Positions 11,340-20,000 of a stretch of 20,000 nt of DNA are shown here, in pieces. How positions within the stretch are numbered: the first letter of the stretch is position 1; each line of letters begins with the position of its first letter. The DNA comes from Welwitschia mirabilis (Eukaryota), in the NCBI GenBank assembly GCA_051453625.1, contig JBOZIK010000001.1, forward strand, positions 12,417,978-12,437,977, read 5' to 3'. A program made the position numbers and the translations under genes. A model generated the notes under the pieces. The model was given only the letters and a program-made list of their open reading frames with translations, ran no database searches and was not told where the DNA came from.

Positions 11340-13666
11340 TTTGTGTGCATCAAAAACTCTAATATTGTATCTCTTATCTCTAATGTGACATTCCATTAAT
11401 TTAGCTCATGTGTCTATAATGCAATGAGTAATTGCACAAAAGGATCTTCATAAAAGTAGTGGGTAACTTCTATCATATTATACTTTAATTACAACTACAT
11501 ATATAGGGTAGTGAGCTTCTTCTATTTGGATGAGTAAGTTTTTAATAATTTTCAAAGATTTCCTAATTGTAGTATCAGCCAATTCTAATATGATTTATGT
11601 AGGTTTAATTCTTTCTTCTAATCCAAATCTTTTACAAATGTGAAGAGGCGTGACATTTACACTTGCTCTTACGTCAATTAAAGACTTTCTAATTTTCTTA
11701 TTTTCTTCTAAAGTAACACTCACTGTTGATGCCCCAGGGTCTTTAAATTTAGGTGATCTTTGTATAACTAAGTTGGAAATATATTGAGTAAGAAAGACTC
11801 TACTAGGGATAGTACATTTTTGTTTTCTTCTAAGTAGGTCCTTTTTCAATTTAGCATATTTAGGATTTTCTTGCAAGATTTTTAAAAAGGGAGAGTTGTT
11901 ATTATCATCTTTCATTAAGTGCTCATCAGAGTTAGGATTTCTATTAATCTAAGGGATATCTTGTCTTTTTCTTTTATTCTTTTGTGAAGGCTCATCTAAA
12001 GTTCAAGGGAAAGTATAAGTTTTTAAGATTTCTAGATCATCTTTTTCCTCATATTTATCATCGTTTTTAGAAGTTGAAGCCTCATGAATAGGTGGTATTA
12101 CATCAATTATTTTATAATTCCTTTTTATTTCATTTGAATCTAGAAAAGTTTGAGTTGCAATATATCCTTGTCTTCTTTAAAAAGAAAACACTGTTTATTG
12201 AAACACATTTAATAAATTTCTAATGTTTGTATTGTTTTTTATTAATTATTTTANNNNNNNNNNNNNNNNNNNNNNNNNNNNNNNNNNNNNNNNNNNNNNN
12301 NNNNNNNNNNNNNNNNNNNNNNNNNNNNNNNNNNNNNNNNNNNNNNNNNNNNNTGTTTCTATTAGTTTTTATTAATTCTTTTATAACTAGTTACTTCTGA
12401 TTTTGTTGAGAATTTGAGGGGCTTGATTGAAAATTATTTGGTTGGAATCTTAAATTATTGATTATATTTTCAGAAGATTTTCAATTATTTTATCCTCTCA
12501 TTTCTTTTTAATATTGCATTTGATTTTGAGAATTTGAAGGCCTTTAGTTAAATGCACATAATTCTTTAAGTATTTTCTCTTTACATCTTGATAATAAAGG
12601 ACATTCTTCTATTACATAAGAGTTATCCTTACATATATCACATGTTGATGTTATGTTTTTATCATTTGATATTTTTTCATCTATAATCATTTGAGTGTAT
12701 TTATCCAAAGAAATAGTGAAATTCTTAATTATATTTATTGAATTATTTTGAACTTCCTCCTTATCATGTTTTTCTTCTTTTAAGTTTTTTATCATTTCAC
12801 CTATAATGTAATTTTCTTTAAAAGTTGGTTTAGGCCAAGTTTGACTAATTTCAAATAGGATCTTCTAATAACATTCATGTATTTTCTAATCCCAAGATCA
12901 TCAAGTTGCCACCAAACAAAAAATCTACAAGTTATTTAGTTTCCCTATTCAATCCACTATAAAGATAATCTATTAATTTTTTTTAGGGAATCCATTAATA
13001 GGATTGAAATGAGTAGCTATAATAAATCATTCATACGTNNNNNNNNNNNNNNNNNNNNNNNNNNNNNNNNNNNNNNNNNNNNNNNNNNNNNNNNNNNNNN
13101 NNNNNNNNNNNNNNNNNNNNNNNNNNNNNNNNNNNNNNAATCTATTAATAGGATTGAAATGAGTAGCTATAATAAATCATTCATATGTTGTGGCATAATT
13201 CTTATTAGATTGTTGTTGAAAGTTTGTGACATTTTTCTTCTCTTTTTCATTGTACTTTTACTCATGAATCTTTTGATAAAAGTGTCTTGTGTTTGACTCT
13301 ACATTTTTAGACTTTTATGAGGTATAGTTTTTAAGCCAAAATTTCACACTAATCCCTAATTGTAATAGGTAAAGTATTAATAATTTATTTTTTTCCATTT
13401 TCTAAATTGAGCACTAATTGTTCTATGTTGGTGAGATGCTGAAAAGGATCTTTATTAGATTCTCCTAAAAAGGTTAAATAAGGATTTAAGTTTTTTAATT
13501 ATACATCATCACTAGGAGGTAAGTTAAAAGGATTTTGGATTTCATGTTTTCCATGGACTATTAAGTATTTAAGTTTAATATCTATAATTGCATTAAATGT
13601 ATTTGCATTAAGATTTTTAATCATGGTTGGGGTATTAGATAATGCTACTTGCTTTTACTTTTGCAT
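11340..13666 (-). pseudogene. gag: gag + aspartic protease polyprotein remnant (many stops and frameshifts)
   Basis: Manual translation gives TFLGESNKDPFQHLTNIEQL (Athila gag F.G...EDP..HL..F), approximately PITIRD-VKFWLKTIPHKSL.*SQTQDTFIKRF (Retrotrans_gag) and SGLNRE.K*LVDFLFGGNLM. ORF 12544-12795 has the zinc knuckle CDICKDNSYVIEECP (CX2CX4[H>Y]X4C). ORF 11595-11915 has PKYAKLKKDL..PKFKDPG..SLIDVRASVNVTP..IKPT (protease LLDLGASVNLMP-like), followed by LELADTTIR and PLLL*RSFCA (LQLADRS, PIILGRPFLA). Confidence 0.9.
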
Positions 13667-15555
13667 TATATTTAAGTAAGATTTTAAAAATGATCCACTT
13701 CTATACTATTACTTTCTTTTGAAAAAAATTAGATTCTAAATTAACAAAAGCTAAAAAGTTTCATTCAACTCTTGGAATTTTTTATGTATTTGGGATGTGT
13801 GTTCCTAGGCTAAGTTTGATGTCGATTAAAACTTTTTTGATATTTTACTTAATCAAGCTCTACTCCCTTAGATACTTCATCTTTTTACCTAAATGTACTG
13901 TGTTCCTACATTCTTAGTGATGTTTCTACAATATCATCTCTATCATTATACAGATGATTACCTAGGTGAATACTGCAAAACATAGAAAATCAAAAACTAA
14001 ATATAGAACCAAAATAAAAACTAATAGTTGTTAGCTTATGTTGCATGGACAATAGAGGAGATGATATTAATTTATTCTATGGTAGAAAACAAAAACTATG
14101 GAAAATATTAAAAAAACCCTAACCCTAGGCCATTTCCCCTTGTATCCTCTGGATAATAAGAAGGATGACAAGCATGAAAAATATGAATTGAAAAATGAAA
14201 AAAAAAGGAAAGAAAAACTATGATATTTATAGTAAAAATACAATGTTACCATAAAAAAAACCTAAATTGAAATCTAAATCAGTTATCTGAGTAATTAAAA
14301 TCCTCAAACTCCTTGTAGTNNNNNNNNNNNNNNNNNNNNNNNNNNNNNNNNNNNNNNNNNNNNNNNNNNNNNNNNNNNNNNNNNNNNNNNNNNNNNNNNN
14401 NNNNNNNNNNNNNNNNNNNCATACGTTGTGGCATAATTCTTACTATATTGTTGTTGAAAGTTTGTAACATTTTCTTCTCTTTTTCATTATACTTTCACTT
14501 ATGAATCTTTTGCTAAAAGCGTCTTGTATTTAACTCTACATTTTCAGACTTTTATGAGGTATATTTTTTAAGCCAAATTTTCACTTTGAATCCTAATTGT
14601 GATAGGAAAGGTATTAATAATTTTTTTTTTCCATTTCCTGAAGTGAGCACTAATTGTTCTATGTTGGTGAGATGTTGAAAAGGATTTTTATTAGATTCTC
14701 CTAAAAAGGTTAAATAAGGATTTAAGTTTTTTAATTATACATCAACACTAGGAGGTAAGTTAAAAGGATTTTGGATTTCATGTTTTCTATGGACTATTAA
14801 GTATTTAAGTTTAATATCTATAATTGCATTAAATGTATTTCCATTAGGATTTTTCATCATGGTTGGGGTATTGGATAATGCTACTTGCTTTTGCTTTTGC
14901 ATTGTATTCAAAATAGATTTAAAAAATGATTCACTTATATACTATTACTTTTTTTTTTAAAAAAATTAGATTCTAAATTAACAAAAGCTAAAAAGTTTTT
15001 TTCAACTCTAGGAATTTTTTATGTACTTGGGATGTGTGTACTTAGGCTAAGTTTGATGTCGATCAAACTTTTTCTGATATTTTACTTGATCAAGCTCTCC
15101 CTTAGATAATTCATCTTTTTACTTGAATGTATTGTGTCCCTACATTCTTAATGATGTTTCTACAATATCAGCTCTATCATTGTATAGATGATTGCCTAGA
15201 TGAATACTGTAAAATATAGAAAATAGAAAACTAAATATAGAACCAAAATAAAAACTAATAGTTATTAGCTTATGTTGTTTGTACAATAGAGGAGATGATA
15301 TTGATTTATTCTACGGTAAAAAACAAAGCTATGGAAAATCTTAAAAAAACCCTAAACCTAGGATATTTCCCCCTGTGTCCTCTAGATAATAAGAAAGATG
15401 ACAAGCATGAAAAACGTGAATTTAAAAATGAAAAAAAATATGAAAAGAAAAACTATGATATTTATAGTAAAAATACAATGTTATCATAAGAAAATACCTA
15501 AATTGAAATCTAAAGCACTTATCTAAGTAATTACAATCCTTGAACTCCTTGTAGC
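13182..15555 (+). repeat. Gap-flanking direct duplication 13182-14319 / 14420-15555 (plus short overlaps 12989-13038/13139-13188 and 12224-12253/12354-12383)
   Basis: Colinear copies around 100-N gaps, covering the gag 5' end and the leader up to the PBS. Confidence 0.95.
14420..14902 (-). pseudogene. gag: Duplicate (alternate haplotype) copy of the gag 5' part
   Basis: Near-identical to 13182-13666, with the same FLGESNKNPFQHL motif. Confidence 0.8.
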
Positions 15556-15557
15556 CT

Positions 15558-15575
15558 TCCTTAGCAATGGCGCCA
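15558..15575 (-). promoter_or_regulatory. Primer binding site, tRNA-Asp type (Athila)
   Basis: The minus strand reads TGGCGCCATTGCTAAGGA, 3 nt after the LTR end ...CAACA. This is a 14/18 match to the canonical Athila PBS TGGCGCCGTTGCCGGGGA, and all four differences are transitions. Confidence 0.9.
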
Positions 15576-15578
15576 AGA

Positions 15579-17263
15579 TGTTGTAGTGCGTATTTATGCA
15601 AATACTATGTTCTTTATTAAATTCTATTAATCACAAAAATATGCATAAGAATAACATACTAATATAGATGGAAGTGAATCTGAATATATCATAATCTATC
15701 AAAGACACTAAGTGAGAAGAAAGAAAATTACTTTTCACAAAGTAAAGGTTCATAATAAAAATCAACAATGCAAGAAAAGTAAACACATAATGTAATGAAA
15801 TGCAATCTAATCTAAATGCAACATCTATTTAACTACTAAATCTCTATAATTATGATAGAGCTTGTATAACCTAGATTAATCAAGAAAACTATTACTAATC
15901 AAAACCAATCTAGGCTACCAAGTATATCAAACAGAATATGAAAAACATGTAATGATTAATTTATAAAATATAAAATGTAATGCAAGTTCCTAAACTAATG
16001 ATTTCAACCTTAATAAAGGTTTCCCTTGATGACCTATATCATAAATGAAGCTATCACGAAATCATAAGAAACATAAACCATAAGGGACATGCACATGAAT
16101 ATATCAATACTAAATAAGATTNNNNNNNNNNNNNNNNNNNNNNNNNNNNNNNNNNNNNNNNNNNNNNNNNNNNNNNNNNNNNNNNNNNNNNNNNNNNNNN
16201 NNNNNNNNNNNNNNNNNNNNNNNNNNNNNNNNNNNNNNNNNNNNNNNNNNNNNNNNNNNNNNNNNNNNNNNNNNNNNNNNNNNNNNNNNNNNNNNNNNNN
16301 NNNNNNNNNNNNNNNNNNNNNNNNNNNNNNNNNNNNNNNNNNNNNNNNNNNNNNNNNNNNNNNNNNNNNNNNNNNNNNNNNNNNNNNNNNNNNNNNNNNN
16401 NNNNNNNNNNNNNNNNNNNNNNNNNNNNNNNNNNNNNNNNNNNNNNNNNNNNNNNNNNNNNNNNNNNNNNNNNNNNNNNNNNNNNNNNNNNNNNNNNNNN
16501 NNNNNNNNNNNNNNNNNNNNNNNNNNNNNNNNNNNNNNNNNNNNNNNNNNNNNNNNNNNNNNNNNNNNNNNNNNNNNNNNNNNNNNNNNNNNNNNNNNNN
16601 NNNNNNNNNNNNNNNNNNNNNNNNNNNNNNNNNNNNNNNNNNNNNNNNNNNNNNNNNNNNNNNNNNNNNNNNNNNNNNNNNNNNNNNNNNNNNNNNNNNN
16701 NNNNNNNNNNNNNNNNNNNNNNNNNNNNNNNNNNNNNNNNNNNNNNNNNNNNNNNNNNNNNNNNNNTAAACTCAAAAATAGATAATTCTAACAGACACAA
16801 CCAAAACCATAATAGTGCATGGAAAGCACATGATACATTAACATGTTAGGTGAACTTTGGTACATTGACTAAAAATAGTAGTTATTTTGGTTTTCATTTA
16901 GATAATGGTAAGGATGATATCACATTAAGAGAGTTCTATATTTAGCCTTCATGTTGATTCAATTAGCATCCGAATTAGCATGCAATTGGTATTATCTGAG
17001 TTTGTCATCTAGATGATATAGGGGATGATAACCTTCTTAAGGCTTCTTATCAAGTTAAATTGGCCTTAAAGCTCATTAATTTCTCCTTAAAATGTGAAGT
17101 ATTAGAATTAGTTCAAAATTATTTTATATGTATTGATATCTATGCATGTCCATAATTTTCTATTTGACTCTCAATAATCATCATTTCATGCTTATATCTA
17201 TTTAAATATCCTACAAAACTACTCAAAATACCTTATAAAAATATATAATTTTGCATCACAATA
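15579..17263 (-). repeat. 5' LTR of the Athila-like element (contains a 645-N gap, 16122-16766)
   Basis: On + it starts TGTTGTAGTGCGTATTTATG, 3 nt from the PBS, and ends TTGCATCACAATA next to the TSD. It is colinear with 5692-6225 and ~7070-7489. Confidence 0.9.
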
Positions 17264-17268
17264 GTGAG
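17264..17268. repeat. Target-site duplication GTGAG (partner at 5687-5691; variant GTAAG at 4879-4883)
   Basis: An exact 5-bp direct repeat abuts both outer LTR ends. Confidence 0.85.
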
Positions 17269-19877
17269 GTAATATCCCTACTCTCTAGTAGTTCTTAACC
17301 TTTAAGCTAATAATGTTTTTTAGCCAAACCGTTTCTGGTCTCTAACTCCTCAACATCATTTAGGCTCTTGTCATTCAATACTTTTAAGGATCAGAATGGG
17401 ATATTTCCTTATCTAATCCTTTAATATTTTAGTATCTTCAACTCTTTCTATAAGGGGGAATCCTCTTTCTTTAACTTTCAATATTTATATATTCATTTTA
17501 AAATTTTGATCCATGGATGGTTTTATCCCATCTCAAATTTTCTAATTAAGTTCATATTTACTAGAAAAGTGTTATCTTTAAGGTCATGAATATCACATCC
17601 ACATGTTGGCATTAACTTTTCTATATCATTTTACACAATCATGTGAACTTTAATTTCATTTTTGTCTCCTTTTGGAATAAAGTTCCTGATCAATCTGTTT
17701 AGGATGACTTTAATTTTCTCTGGAAGGGGTCTAATATAAATACTATACTTTGCCATTGCAAAGATTATTGTATTTGTCAACATGATTTTTCCTTTCAAGA
17801 AGAATAATATGAAATTCCATATATGGTACTTTATTCCTATTTTTTAGATAATTTCTTTCCATAAACAATCCTTAATTCAATTGAACACTAGAATATCCAA
17901 ATAGACATCCTTCATGTTTCCTTTTCTTATACCAAGAAAGTTTTTAACTGCTAGTTAAACATTAGTCTAAGTATTAATAAAATAAGCTCTACTTTTATGC
18001 CAACTAATAGTAAGTCTAGATTTCTTTTCAAAACTTTCCAAACATTCTTAATGATGGAAGTTTTTTGAATATGGATTTGATAAGAGATAATTAAATCATC
18101 TATAAAATCATTATACATAATGTTGATTTTTTAAATCTTTAATTCTGCTCCACCTTATTTCACTACATGGTCTTATAGGATGTCCAATACTATAATGAAT
18201 AAGAAAGGTAAGAGGAATTCTCCTACCTTAACCTCTTCCTGCACTAAAAAACTATGGATGTTTTAATTTAATATCAGACTAAATCTTGTTGATTGTTTCA
18301 TTTATATGTTTACATTGATTAATTAAGGTGGGAATTCTTTAGTAGTCATGATGTATTTCAAAATACCAGTATAAGATTTCCTAATATCTAACTTTGAAAG
18401 AAATACCCTCTTCTTTTTCCTTTAAATTGAATTAAATAATTTGTAATTAAAAATTACTTGACCCAAGATAGTTTTATTCTCTAGAAAACCTAAATGATTT
18501 GGTTTAACCACTTGCTATAATAAAGAATGAATTCTTACCCCCAACACCTTAGTAAAAGGTCTGTAAATGATGTTAAAAATAAGAATTGGTGTATAATATT
18601 ACACCTCATAAACCATTTATTTCTTTGGAATCATAATAACGTGGGTGTTATTCCAAGCATGTAGAACTATCCCTAGGTCCATTGTATTATTAAATGCTAA
18701 CTCAACTAATAGGTCTATTATCTTCTAATACTTTATAAAAAACTTCATCATCTAATCATTATAACTAGGGATGTAATTAAATTTAATTTTCTAAGACCTT
18801 TTACTTCAGTAGTTTCTAGTATCTATAAGGGCTTTTTTTCCCACCATGATTTTATCCATAAAGTTAAAGAATTTTATTCATTTGTGTTATCCCATAACTC
18901 TTATAAATTTTCTATAAAATTCATTTCACTTGATTCTTTACATAAGTTTGACCCTTTTAATAAAATTTTTTATTCATATTTATTTTTCTTTTATTATTGA
19001 TTATCTTAAGTGCCTATATCAATCTTTTAATAAGGTTATATAAGATCTTTTCTTATAACATTTTTCATCTTGAATTTTAATTCTATGAATCTTACAAAAT
19101 ATTTTCTATTCTTATTGCTAAAGATCCTTTCCTTGTTCCTACTTACATTGGGTCTTTTTGAGTTATTTTTTTAGAAGCTTATTTATTTTTAATTTAAGCT
19201 TCCATCCCTTTTTGTAATTCTTTGGCCGTTATTTAATCCTTATTATGTTCTCTTAGAGGAAGTTAATTGGATTTATTTCATCATAATTCTAGTATTATTC
19301 AATGAATAAGAGAATCACCTCTTCTTCCAGCTAAGCATTCTTAAAAGTAAATTTGCAATATATTAGCAATAGGAAATATGAATTAGTGATGAGAACACCA
19401 TATTCCCTCTATAATAAAACTAAAAAATTTATATTTATATCAAGGAATTAAGGCCTTTCTAGAAAGTTTAATTAAACATCATGATTGTTTTATGTATTTC
19501 TTTGACTTAAGACCATGCAAATCCTATTTTATATTTAATATGCCTAAACACTATCATTTTGCAAGACTAATGTAAATTAGGAGCATCATGATAAGAGATA
19601 GAGTTTTGCTGAGCATAATTAATAGCAATACCAATCCTAGGGATGGCAAAGTTCCATTGATGTAAGTAATTTATTCCCATCATTTTTGAAACAAAAGATG
19701 AATAAAGAACATCTTCAAAGAAGAACCCCTTAATTTGGTCACATGACTAAAGAATTATTTTATATACTTGAGGCATTCTTTAGAATAATTATATTTGGCC
19801 TTATAAATCCTAATTTAATATGCTAATTTAGGCATATCAGTACCCTTCCTCACTTCACTTGATGGAAGTTACTTCAT
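17269..19877 (-). pseudogene. L1-type LINE (element A) ORF2 remnant: APE endonuclease + reverse transcriptase
   Basis: Motifs in the expected order on the minus strand: RPNIIILK (~19790), GFAWS (~19520), KFTFKNA*LEEE (~19340), AWNNTHVIMIPKK (~18640), YTPILIFNIIYRPFTKVLGVRI..KPNHLGF (~18560), GLR*..PFLFIIVLDIL (QGDPLSP motif, ~18210), FIDDLII (FADD, ~18100), FLGI (~17935), KGKIMLTNTIIFAMAKY, KVHMIV*NDI..IHDL and HPWI (~17515). The start coordinate is approximate and the element probably continues beyond 20000. Confidence 0.88.
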
Positions 19878-20000
19878 TATGATATTTCAAGGATATTTGA
19901 ATTCTTTCTAAGCCTCCCATAGGGATGGGTTAGCTATTAAGCTAGCATGATGCTTCTTGGTTTAGCATGAGTACATTTCTAGATTATATGCTTTAATTAT

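Larger units (their letters stand above)
5692..17263 (-). mobile_element. Degenerate Athila-lineage Ty3/Gypsy LTR retrotransposon, apparently non-autonomous (gag-PR only)
   Basis: Two homologous LTRs (5692..7489 and 15579..17263) share the + strand termini TGTTG...GCATCACAATA. The 5-bp direct repeat GTGAG sits at 5687-5691 and 17264-17268. A tRNA-Asp-type PBS adjoins the right LTR and a purine tract adjoins the left LTR. Athila-like gag and aspartic protease motifs lie on the minus strand. A second copy of the left junction starts at 4884. Confidence 0.92.

Noticed and set aside
5011..15489. Short ORFs 5011-5196, 10246-10452, 14067-14252 and 15295-15489
   Set aside because: Low-complexity chance ORFs in LTR, leader or 3' non-coding sequence. 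Where a duplicate copy exists, the ORF is not conserved in it.
6469..16800. Long ORFs in the track spanning N-runs (6469-6952, 7482-8048, 13009-13296, 14279-14470, 16054-16800; also 3715-3987)
   Set aside because: They are open only because N codons contain no stops; artefacts.

Overview
Very AT-rich, CpG-depleted eukaryotic (plant-type) DNA from a gappy draft scaffold (12 N-gaps). I see no intact host gene, RNA gene or prokaryotic system. Almost every base is decayed retroelement, in a nested stack. (1) An old Athila-type Ty3/Gypsy LTR element on the minus strand (5692..17263; its left junction is also duplicated at 4884) has two LTRs, a tRNA-Asp PBS, a PPT, a GTGAG target-site duplication and a gag+protease pseudogene, but no detectable RT/RNase H/integrase. 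(2) It is inserted into ORF2 of an L1-type LINE: endonuclease and RT lie to the right (17269..19877) and the zf-RVT domain to the left (~4500..4878). (3) A second, more decayed LINE (ORF1-like part plus endonuclease start, ~1683..3450) follows head-to-tail. (4) A probable solo LTR (~61..1682) interrupts that second LINE. Gap-flanking direct duplications (~93-94% identical where counted) look like two interleaved haplotypes, not real tandem repeats. The most noteworthy points are the pol-less gag-PR architecture and the TA...CA termini shared by both LTRs. Protein motifs were read by manual translation and percentages are hand counts on short segments.
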